Shown in pieces: positions 13,301 to 27,594 of a stretch of 64,000 bases of DNA; within the stretch, counting starts at the first letter, position 1, and every line of letters begins with the position of its first letter. The position numbers were made by a program, and so were the translations under genes. Under the pieces are notes generated by a model. It had not been told where the DNA came from and did no database searches. It was given only the letters and a program-made list of their open reading frames with translations. This DNA is from Hyphochytrium catenoides (taxonomy: Eukaryota; Protista; Hyphochytriomycota): assembly GCA_900088475.1 (NCBI GenBank), contig FLMG01003335.1, positions 1 through 64,000 of the forward strand, read 5' to 3'.

Positions 13301-13665
13301 GCTGTTTGATGATGTGCAAAGAGACGGCCCTGGCGCAATCACAAGGTGAGCTCTTTGCATTCCTTAACGAGCAAAAGAAGGCATTCCTCCCTAGCAAGAG
13401 ATGGAAGTTGGCTTCTTATCCTTTTTAGGCTAGGCTGTTCGGTCCCGATCGCCTTATTGCTTGCGATTTTGCCTCCCTTCGTACAGATCTTTGGTTATTT
13501 CTGCCTGCTTCGCTGTGTTGCATGTACTCGTCAAAATATTACGTCCTTTTGGTCATGCTCATACCGTCTGTCATTCTGTGTATTATCCGACCGAGCAGGC
13601 ACTTACAAGATCCTGAAGTGATGGAGAAGCTCAATCAAGCGGTAGCGATTATGGGCAGAAAGTAG
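10303..13665 (+). CDS. SGTA: SGTA/Sgt2 small glutamine-rich TPR co-chaperone
   Basis: N-terminal dimerisation domain RRLVFAFLEYLQQ..EQLDVVSDCL; TPR repeats (AEAETKKAEGNAAM..YLSNKAAA..YGKAHSRMGYAY); C-terminal MNNPMMMQMAQQMM and STI1/DP-like motifs. Confidence 0.92.
11049..11255 (+). repeat. 94-bp tandem duplication of an intron 3' end plus the first 40 nt of an SGTA exon
   Basis: Copies at 11049-11142 and 11162-11255, two C/T differences, 19-nt spacer. Confidence 0.95.
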
Positions 13666-13885
13666 AACGAAGACATGGGCACAAGTAAAGAAAACAGTTT
13701 ACTTTATCAAATAAATAAGATACCTAGTTGGTAGGGTCACGCTGCTTTCTGCCAAGCTTTAGCACACCTCAGGAGACGAAGATATATCACTGCAACGAGG
13801 GCGGAGAGAACCCACAGAGGAGAAGCAAGAAAACAGGAGCGCATCCCAGGAGTGAGAAGGTCTCACAGTGTCCGAACCAAAGCTC

Positions 13886-16815
13886 TTAGACCTTCTTCCC
13901 TGTCATTTCCTCAATGAGCTTCGGGGTCAGGGCCCACGATTTCCGCAAGAAGAGAGTTTGCTCCCTCAAATTGCCAGCTGAAAGCTTTTGCCAGCGCTCC
14001 TTCCACTGCAGTTTTACTTGCGGATACCTTTGGTGGATCCAGCTTCTGAAGTCTGCTAAAATAGGGTTGAATGTGAGCTCTTCCAGTCCTACAAGTCTCA
14101 CAACGCGCTTTTCCCAGCCTTCTCTCTCTCTCCTCCCCCTCTCTCTCACTTCGTCTCGTGATTCTGCATCGTCGGAACCTCTCCTAAGCTTAGCAACATC
14201 TACTACAAATGTGTCCGCATATGAGACTTTCACAACGTGACGTCTGCATGTTTCTGTCGTCCTCCTAGTCTTTCCATGCCCTTACCTTCCTTGAGCGAAA
14301 CCTTCACGACTGGTCCGCCACCATTTGCCACTTGCTCTGTGACCTTTGCTCTTTGGCTCGGTCGCTCAAGGGTTTCAGGCTTCGCACAATGGTTACGTGC
14401 TGCCGGAGAGGCGGTTTTTCTTTTTTGAGATGATAAAGGAGCAGCTGTGGCCGGTGATGTATGTTTTGTCCGCATTTCTTTGCTGCGCTGGGAAGGTGTA
14501 GCGGGCTTGTCGATGGTTTGCTTCTCGGCTTTCTCCTTGGCAGTCTGGGTAGCTATCTTGGTCGCCAAAGCAGTTTGATAGCGGGAATCAATATCCACAA
14601 GATTGGGTGTCGCATTGCTGTATGGAATGGACAGAATTACATTCTTGTTAGGAGAGTGACAAGAAGGACGTCATCAAGCTATGATTGTGCAGCCCGTTTG
14701 AGTACCAGGCACCTGTGATGGCAGATAGATGGCGCTAACAGGAATTAGACATGTTCAGGACTCTTACCGAATGGCCTGTGCAGTGAGGGGTGATGAAGCA
14801 GCCTTCAGTACGCCTCCCCGGATGGCAAGGAGAGCTCCCTCTACAAGCCGACCCACCCTAAAATTCAATGGGATACAAAGACCAGTTCAGACGTCACTTA
14901 CCGATGAGGCGGACCACCAATCTTCAGCACTAACGATATCAATGACGCCACTAATCAGAAAAAGCACAAGAAGGGGTACCAGGGCGCACGAAGTTTTAAG
15001 CCAATCAGTTTGAGAAAGCGTACGCGTCGTAAGCAAGATAGGCCAAAAGTTCCTTTGCGTTTTTTGGTAAGCTACTGGAGCACGAGATCCACTTAAGAAA
15101 TTGTGTTGACTTGGAGAGAAAGCTTGCTTCCCTCTGCCTAGCGATTGAAGTGTGGGTCAGGTGCCAGGTCACGTTTAAGCTCTTTCGCTGGAGGGCCATT
15201 GCGATGGATAAGTGGCGCCCCGCTTACCTGCAAAACTCCAGATAGTCTTCTGGCGTCATGTCTCTCGTCCTTTCATCGGCGAATCGCATTCTTTGCTGGA
15301 GATAAAATGACAGTCACTCACCGTTACGTGGAAAAAGAGAGAAACCAAAGGAGATCGTTTAGGAACGGAACCACCGTTCGTAGTTACCAAGAGTGAAAAG
15401 AAACCCTATAGCGCAGATCGAGGAGCTATGCAACGCACCACGAGCTGGTCTGTAAGGTCAATGTAAAGCTGTTCTGAGCCGCTATGCGCTTCTCCTCCCA
15501 GTCTCTCCAACTCTGACGCCAACTCTTCCTCTTCCTCAAACTCGTTTCCACGTACTGCGTCAGGACTAATAGGATCCTGGGCCCGCCCCTCTTTTGACTC
15601 CTCTTTCATCTTCTTCCATCGAAGATAGACCTTGGCCTCCTCAGGTAGCAGGCTTACAATGTCCTGACGTTCAGATCGCCTACATTAGTGCTCAAGGTTG
15701 CTTCCAGGAGACACAGAGAACCTGTGCACGCCTTGCTCCTTACCGATAAATCGATCTTGCTTTTGCCTGTTAGCTGTCGGCATGAACCAACGACAGCGAG
15801 CATGAATGCCCGAACTAAAGAGGCAGAGCATTCAGACTGATACAAGCCCTTCGGGGAAATAGAGGCAAACAAGGGGATCTAAAAGAACTAAAAGAGGGGC
15901 CCTTGGAGCACGTTTGGTACCTATTTTCTTAATCTCCTTTGCGGTCTCTGTGCAAGGGCATGAGGCATCTCCGAAGGCTCTCATCATCATGCAAATGTCA
16001 TAGAGAAACGGCTCAGGCTCCTCTTTCCGAGTTAGAAGCGGATGTACATCTGGATGGTGGCCAGCGCAAGTCATGGGAGACTACCTTAGAGGTTCAGGAG
16101 ACGAGAAGTATTGCAAACGACAGACCAACATAATGACTGAGGCCCAGCAACTAAAAGAGGATGACAGAGAAAGAGAAAATAATTGATCTAGCAGTAGCTT
16201 CCCAACCTCCGCAAGCTTGGCACTTAGCACTCTTCTCGCCCTCAGCAAACTTCTCCAAGTCTTTTTCCAGGATGAGCCATCTAGGTATTCAGTAGTTATA
16301 ACGCTCAGTGGGCTATGGAGAGAGTGGTACATAAGGGACATGCTCACTTGCTCTCGGCCTTGTTGGGAGCAACCGCCTTCTTTCCCTCTGGACTGCAGAT
16401 GTTATCTAAAGCCCGTCCTTAGATGGTCAAGCACGCAATGTTGTATTAGGAAGTGATTGCGCTTACCTTTGAGCTGTTCCTGGGGCCTGGGCCGTGATGG
16501 CTGGGACCCACCCTGCCACTCACTACTAGTGCTCCTTTCCTTTTGATCCTCACGGACTTTGCGGTCAAGGAAGACGAGAAGACGACCCTTGTGCTCCCGG
16601 GAGAGGGACTTCCATGCTTTCGACTATGGAAGCAGGTGTGAAAAGTGTTAGCTACTCAGCTACCTCAGACTGCTGCCACCCTAGTGAGGGAGCACCTCTT
16701 GGAATGGGTAGCCGGACTCAATGGCCGCCAGAAGACGGTGCACTTGCTCACTAATCGGCAGCTCCTGAAGGTCTTCAAGACCCCACTCATCTTCCACCGT
16801 CACCTTCTGCCTCAT
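13886..16815 (-). CDS. SPT3: SAGA subunit Spt3 (SUPT3H) histone-fold protein with N- and C-terminal extensions
   Basis: FLYDICMMMRAFGD..CTETAKEI; YLRWK; RFADERTRDMTPEDYLEFCRCREASF; ELLAYLAYDALVVRLIEGALL. The ATG at 16815 and the last exon are inferred. Confidence 0.85.
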
Positions 16816-16955
16816 GATGTATTGTCAGCTTTAGCTACCTGCTATTGCGTCTGAAGGAAGGAGACGAGTACATAGCTGTTTCGGGTGAACAACAGAACAG
16901 ACTTAGGAGCCTGAGGGCGCCCTAGCCCCTCATCGTTGCATCAACCATGGATTCC

Positions 16956-16995
16956 TCCAAGTGCTCTCATACCACTCCAGGTGCTCTCATACCAC
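16956..16995. repeat. 20-bp tandem duplication
   Basis: tccaagtgctctcataccac / tccaggtgctctcataccac. Confidence 0.9.
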
Positions 16996-17717
16996 CGGCA
17001 GAGGCACCGCGGTGGCTGGACGAAGGAGCTTGCCAGGTATATGCCATGCAAGATGTGTGACACTGTGACACTACTGCGGCAAGCGACAGAAGCTTCAGAA
17101 ATACCCTGATGATGAGAAGCCATAACCCAATAACCACCGCCACAAATAATCTGCGATAAAATCAGTATGTGATCTCATCGAAGCCAAATACTGTAAAGGG
17201 ACAAAATAACTCTATCTTCTTCTTACAGCTCCGCATCATGAAGAGCCATCAGCCGGCCGTCTCGTGCGGAGACCTTGCTAACTCATGACTATAAATACTA
17301 GATGATCAATCACATCTTCCCTCCCCCGGCACTTTCATGCACTTGCTGACCTATTGAGCTGGCATTTTGTATGTACCTGTTGCGGCTGACATGGCTGGTT
17401 GGAGTTTCAAGGGAGTGAGCATCACCATGTAAACGGCCGGTCTGCCACTTCCGTCGTCTTCTGTCCTGTGAAGGTTTGTCACCCTTAACGTACTTACTCC
17501 TCACTTCTCTTTGTATTCCTTTTGAATTTCTAGCTGCCCAGGCTGCCAGCCTGCCCCTCATGGAATTCAAGCCATGCAGATCATGCTAAGAGAGAAGAGA
17601 AATATTATACGCCGCTGTATAGCTACTTCCTTTATTACCATTGTAAGAGCCCCAACAATGATAAAGTGGTGCAAAGCCCTCCGTCTGGTCCAGGTAACAA
17701 TCAAACTAGCTGCAAAC

Positions 17718-18826
17718 TTAGACCTTGAAGCCACGGCTGCGGCGGCGACCACGCGCGCGCTCAAACTTGCGTCCCTTAGCTCGCACGTAAGGCTTGACGC
17801 CATTGTGGGTGTGTACCCTGTCTGCGGTGGTTCTGTGGCCGAAGTGTCTGTATACCTCGCGAGCCTTCTTGGGACCGCGAAGAAGAACGGTGTTTGATCC
17901 CTATAACATAGAGCGTAAGTGGCCCCGCATTTAGGACCTTGACGAACAAGGTACAGTCTTACCTTAGGTGCCCTGAGCGCCAGCTGATCGAAGGTGAGGC
18001 ACTCGCCACCAGCCTTCAGGATGCGCGCACGGGCGGTTTCAGTGAAGCGAAGAGCTACAATGGTGAGCTTGGGCACTTCGTGAAGGCGCACATCGTCCGT
18101 AACAGTTCCTACAAGAACAGCAATCTTGTCCTCCTTGCCCTTCATGTAGCGCGCAATGCGAGCAATGGAAAGTGGAGCGCGATTGTTCTTGCTCTGGAAC
18201 AGGCGCTTCAGAACAACCTCGTTGAACTTGGCGTTGGTACGGCGGGAGAGAAACTCATACAGCTATTGATGAAGAATAAGGGTTAGCTACACCGTGTAAA
18301 CTTGTCAACCTCGACCGAAGATGCATCTCCTCTTACCTTCACCACCAGCTTGAGGTACACATTGTCGGACTTAGGAGCAGTACGGCTCTTGCGGCCGATG
18401 CTGCGGCCTCCTGCAATAAGATCAATACCCTGTGCGATATACAAGCTTTAGAATCTCGAACAATCAAGCAAACTAGAGCAGCAGCGTCTAGGAGCACAAA
18501 ATGTCCCCAGGAGAAAGAAGTCTCCCCCAACGGTGACCGACTCTCGCTCAAGCCTCTTTCATTCTGGAAAACTTTACAGAAGCAGCAAACAATCCCTCTC
18601 GCATACATACAACGATAACCTAGCCAGATGCAACTAAGTGTGCCCTTGCATCTCGGAATTCTTCAAGAACTCAAGAGATCTGAAAACCCAAAGTAGTCTA
18701 CACTCAGCCTCACCACCTATAGAATATTGTCTTCACCATTTCAGTCTACATCGACAGCACAACACATTCCAGCCCATCCCAGATCTCTCTTCAAACTCGA
18801 TAACGCAGCTCAAGGCGACTCACCAT
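17718..18826 (-). CDS. RPL18: 60S ribosomal protein L18 (eL18)
   Basis: ATG|GTGAGT micro-exon at 18826, then [59 protein letters not shown] and [25 protein letters not shown]. Confidence 0.98.
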
Positions 18827-19657
18827 GGTAAAGGAGTTGGCACCGACCAGCGGAACTAAGGGCTATGACGGACCAGCACTGGGAGCGGGGCTGCTGATGA
18901 AGACCGAAGGTGCAGCTTCAGCATCTGGTTTTCCTTCGCGGCAGTCCGCGGCACATAGTAATACCGATAGCGGCACTATAGCCCTTCTTGTTATTCGGGC
19001 TTGTAATAGTATGACGCCGCCTTGGTTGGTCTCCATAGGTTCATACAAGAAAGGAGTGGCTGGCGTCCGAAGAGGCGGGTGGGATATCGCTGCCCAGCTG
19101 CAAAAAACAATGCTAACCACCAATCTACAGAGTGGGTGGGTGGTTTTGTTCCCAGTTATGATTATCAAGCCATTGAGTAATCAATAGAGCGACGTGTAGG
19201 ATTACTAGAGAATCAGTCATCTCCCATTCGATCGATTTTTCAAGACTTCTCAAACTCCAAACTTCAAAGCTCACACACTTCCACTTTTTAGTGTCAAAAG
19301 GCAGGTGACCAGAAGAGCATCAGAGGTTTCGTGGGCATCAATCAAACCATAGCCCATTCCGAGACGCGAAGACTGGCAGGGATCCATTATTGCTGCCATT
19401 GAACAGTCACTTACCCTGGGGCTCTTCTCCATGAGGATGACATCTCAGACCTGTGGCTCGTAGTCAAGTCGGAGCTCAGGGAAGGATTCTCGTTTTTAAG
19501 GCATTCTTGTCGACGTCAGACGAATAGGAAGTCAACAACCTCTTCTAGATATGCGATACGGTCCTCTGCTTGGTGGAGCAACCCAGAGTTCGAGAGCTGC
19601 TCTATGACGTTGGGCAGAAGCAAACACTAACATCCATTTGCACTCTGCACTACCAGG

Positions 19658-22751
<3,094 letters not shown>

Positions 22752-24709
22752 ACCAGACCAGGCTATGTTCACTCAGTCTCGACCCACCAGAAAGCCCAAC
22801 CCGGCACTTGCACCTCTTTAGAAGCCCCAACTCTGGTGGAACTCGTAGCTGAATGAGCACTATCCAAAGCCGGAGACAGCTTTCGCTAGGAATGTGCGTT
22901 TTGCTATTTCGCATGTGCTCGGAGTCGTTCAGCAATACAAAGGAGCATATTGAAAGGCAATGAGCAACAGGTGTATCAGCCAACTACGCTGGCCAGTGGC
23001 GTTCTGTATATGTTATCCTTGAGGTTGGCCAGTCTCTTCATAGTCAAGTTATTGCAAACCCGCCTTGTTAAGACTATGATGTGAATGAGGAGAAGACGGG
23101 ATCGGTCTTGGCTCTATACCAATAGATGTAGTTGACTGGGCCGTGATGCAATCAATGAGCCCTTCTAGTTATTCTATTCTTCTGCTACAAAGTATTCTTG
23201 ACCTTCTCCGGGAGTGGTTCCCTGACAGCGTTCATCTGCCTCTTCCATCGTCGTCCAGATCAACGTCTCTTGTCTGGTGTGTCCAGTCCATTTGCTGAGC
23301 TTCTTGTCCTTCTGCTGTACCTCTTGGCTCTTTTCGTTCCATTGATTTAGAACTCAAGGCCGAGGGAAATTTTTGTTTGGATGCAATGAACGCCAAAGAA
23401 AGTTAGCGTCTGAGCTTAGGCCCTCACTTGGCATTGGCGCAGGCTGAAGAGAAAGGTCTTTTATGTAGTTCCGGTACGTCCCCTTAGGCACCAGTTACTC
23501 TTGTCCGCCTTCTTCTGTGCCAGTAACACTTTCCGATTGCCCTTTGGTTAAGGTCTCAAGAGCAGCAGCTAGTAGGATATCCAGTAGAGGATCATTTGGC
23601 AAGAGGAACTCAGGAGGTGTTCTAGCTCTTTGGAGCTAAGCGTCACAAGCATAGCATACTTCCACATTATTTTCAAACAGCGCAATGGCATTTGCGAGTC
23701 TCCGCTGTAATACATCTCTGTTTACAAAATTTTGAAGACTATTAGCATGTCTGTAGCAGCTTATAGGCAGTTTGTTCAACTGCCCTCTCTCTTTCGAACC
23801 TTCCGGGACCAAGTGTCATATTCTATCATCTAAGGCATTTGCCAGGTGAATGATTCCGAGGTAAAGATGGCAGCACACTAAGCTAAAGTTGGGGCCGGCC
23901 AACATTCGAATGTGCAAGAGACCAGCATTCTCTACCCTGTTCTCCTATACAAACCCGACAACGAGCTCAACTCAGATGCAGACTGCGAAGGTTGAAGTCT
24001 CAAGTTGCAGATTCTGACCTTTCAAAGACAGAGGATTGAGCCTATGACCTCCATCGCCTGCCTGCTGCGCCATGCGGCGAGGTGCGGAATCTGTCATCCT
24101 GATTCACAAAGGTGATTATCCTACTGATTTAGCGTCATTGATTTGATTCTGTTGATTCCCAGAAGAGCATGATAGGGCCAGACATGCTGAGTATTAGCCA
24201 ATCCCAGAAGGGCATAGAACCCCGCTCTTGTAGAGGGAGAAAAGAATCAAAATAGGGATCACATAAAGGTGCTCTAGGGAAGTAGGGGAATTGGGGTATT
24301 CAGGATGATTGTCATACTAGCCCAAACGTCTGGAATTTAGTACAATGATTTGGGATTATTTAGAACGGGCCTGCACCAAAAGCTACAGTCCTGGGACCCC
24401 CTTCTGAGAGTCTCAGATTTACTTCAAGACAACTGTGTTGACAGAGGGAGGAATGACAGAGAGAGAGAGAGCGGGAGCAGGATTAGACAAAGGAAGAGAG
24501 GGAGGGAAGAGTGATCATCCCCCCACACCTCCCACTCTGTCTTGCCGCTCCACTGCCTTGTCCATGGCGTATTATTGGTCAGACACTATATATCCAGCTT
24601 ACATTGATAAATTACTAATGGCCGAGGTGGCCTCTGTATGATGCCGCACGCTTTTGGACTGGTACTCTTCTGGTCTGTCATGTTGTCATTGTGAGCTGAG
24701 GGTAGATGG

Positions 24710-24762
24710 CCTCTTTCTCTCTCGCGCTCTCTCTCGCTCTCGCTCTGTCTCTCTCTCTCTCT
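24710..24762. repeat. (CT)n-rich microsatellite
   Basis: Interrupted CT dinucleotide tract; a complementary GA tract lies at ~24456-24470. Confidence 0.85.
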
Positions 24763-25266
24763 TGTTGGCACCCCCTGTTTCTCTGCATTCTTTCCCCCTC
24801 TGTCTCCTTTGTATTTATCTCTCATCTTTCTCTATTGGTTTTCTCTCTTCCTATTTGTGACAGTCCTCAGTATAAAGCCTTTGTAGTTCCCTATGTAACT
24901 CTTCCCACCAAGTGTAAGAACGGGGTCGGCGTCAAGGAGCCAGAACACTGTTCCATAGTGGAGCTTCATCGTCGCTCTTTGCAAGGCATTCAATGCATCT
25001 CTCTGTTAGTGACGACCATCGCCTCAGCTACACTAAGGCCAAGCAGCAGATCTCGGGCTTGTGTTGAAAGCAGCCAAGAGTTTAGATTCCTCACTGGCTC
25101 ATTGATCTTTCCACATAATTGAGTCGTCATAAGAGAATAGCGATCGACACGCACGGTGTGAACAGGGGACTGTTGAGCCTCCCCTGATTGAGCTCTCAAG
25201 CTTGCTATTGATATCGGCGGGTGCAAGGACTGCGAGTAGCAAGAGAGGAAGCTTTTCAGTGGAGCG

Positions 25267-27183
25267 ATGGCTCAATCGCTACGAGCAGCTCTGGTTAGGG
25301 TGCTCATCATTGTCACCAACGCAGCGTTCCTCTGCATTGGTGCTTTGCTGATCTACTTCGGCTCATGGTTGTCAAATAGTGGCTGGCTTGACATCGCTGA
25401 GAAGGCAGATTTGGGGCATCTGAAGCCATTGCTCATTGGAATAATTATTGGAACGGGTGGTGTTGTCATCTTACTTGCCACGGTAGGTCGACGGAAATAC
25501 GGATTCTCCGCCATTTGAAGGCACTTTTAACTGACGATGGTCCTACTTGTTACCTCCTCTTGTTCAAAGGCTGGTTGCGTGGGTGCCTGGATTCAAAATA
25601 GAGCAGTCCTCATCGTTTATGCTGTGATGCTCTTCGTGGCGCTTGTACTCTTCATCGCTATTGCAGTCTTTGGCTTCATCCTGGTTGGCAGGACCAAAGA
25701 TCTACAGAACTCTACCATTGGGACGGTGAGTTGATCCGCTCTAGGACATTCATTCTCTCTCTCTTTCAAAATGTATCATCATTTGATGCTTTTGCCATGA
25801 TCATAGAAACCTGATGAAGAGGACATTGGAAAAGCGTTCAACGATGTCTATTGTGGCAGTGAGCTGGGTAAGGACGCTTTTTGGCCTATGTGACTGCTGG
25901 AGTGAGCTCCTTCATCAAGCTCATCTGTTGATTGCCCTTTCTCTCTGTTGCCTCGCATCGCTAAATATTTAAATGTCCAGCCTTCATCTGTAACTCGGCG
26001 CCAGTGGGCAGTCTCCTGCAGTCGCTCCTGGCTGGCTTCGGTATAACTGGCATCCCAATTCCCATCGATCCCAACATCAAGGGCTTGAATAACGCGTGCC
26101 AGGTATGTATCTCTGGACTAGCAACGACCTGGCTTCATCAGTGTACTCTGTTGCGTTTGACAAGATGACCTGTTCATTGACCGCCTGAGTTGAACGACCT
26201 GTTGGCTTGAGAGCTAATTTTCAAGGAGCTGTCTAGTAATGGAACCTTCACCTTGTTATGAATCTGCCATTGAGACGTTCTGAGTCGTAACTAAATGAAG
26301 GGCCTTTTGCTCTCACACAGAACTCTTTGTATGGTCCCCTACTCTCAAATGTTCCCGGAGACATTTGTAAGAGCTGCCAACAGGCCGCTGAGTTCCAATC
26401 CCTGAGCTCTATTACGGAATGGATCAACGACAAGTGCCCCATTACTGGGCCTGTTATTTCCTACTGCCTTACAACTCTCGGTGGTGCAAAGATCCCTGGC
26501 GTTCCGGAGGCAACATGGAATGTTGACACTCAGGTGCTCAGGGCTCCTTACGTTTCCTGCAGAGAGACCTTCCTTGCTCTTGTGAAAGATACATCCAAGT
26601 AAGTAACCTCTCAAAGCGTCTTGGTCGGGCCTATGCTATGCCAAGGGCAGTGATGACGTGTTTATGCCGTCCATTGAGTTTCCTTCTTAGCTTCAATAAC
26701 CTTGTTCCTTCTCACGAAGGGAATTCTTCGTGCTTCTCTCCATAACCTCTTCTATGGTCTTGACGAGTAGGATGTCTCCCTGAAAGCTAACGGCCTTTAT
26801 TTCTTAGTTCTCTCGCCATCGGAGGGACCGTCGCTGGGGTGTACTCTCTCTTAGTCATCATCTTCACATGCTGGCTCGCCTTTTCTCATGCTCGGAAACG
26901 CGAGGGCCGAGGTCGTTCATTCACAGACATGGCCCAGCAAGACGACTATGACCTAGGCTATTTAAACGACAACTCCAAGACGCCTCAGGCCGGAAACATG
27001 GGCGTAACCGACGGCAGCAGAAATGTCGGGACGTATGCCGGATACAACGTCAATAACTATAACCAAGGACCCACCTATAACCAGCAATACGGAGGTTACA
27101 ATGACCGCACCTACCAAGCTGGTGGACCTAACGCGACGTATGGAGGCCAGAGCGGTGGTGCCTATAATACAGGCTATCGCTAA
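25267..27183 (+). CDS. Tetraspanin-family membrane protein with a large Cys-containing loop and a Y/N/G/Q-rich tail
   Basis: TM1 VLIIVTNAAFLCIGALLIYFG; TM2 GVVILLATAGCVGAW; TM3 VLIVYAVMLFVALVLFIAIA; Cys-rich loop ending PYVSCRETFL; TM4 near 26810-26880. Confidence 0.85.
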
Positions 27184-27594
27184 AGAGGGCTCTCTCCCCG
27201 GCTGTGTACCTAGTACTCACAGCTATTGATTTTCACACTCCGTCTCTCTGTCTGTCTCTTTCTCTCTCTCAAATGACATTCTTTTACCTGCTCCATGCAT
27301 CCTCAATGTCAGATAATATCTCCCTTTATTGGCGATTCGAGGATTGGAACCAAATCAACTAAACAGAAGTAATTTATTATCAGCCCTTCAAAAGTCCTGA
27401 AAGGGTCTTTACGTGCTTCAATGAGGTTGTCTCAGCCTAGCATCGCCACGGCTGACAGATCTCTGCTGCACTCATTGAAGCAACAACTGGGAGCTGTGTA
27501 TAAATAGGAAAATGAATGAAAGGAAATGCTTCTGGGATGAAGCTATGATCCTGCTATTAGTGAGTGGATGAAAAATGTTGTCCACTCATCGTGT

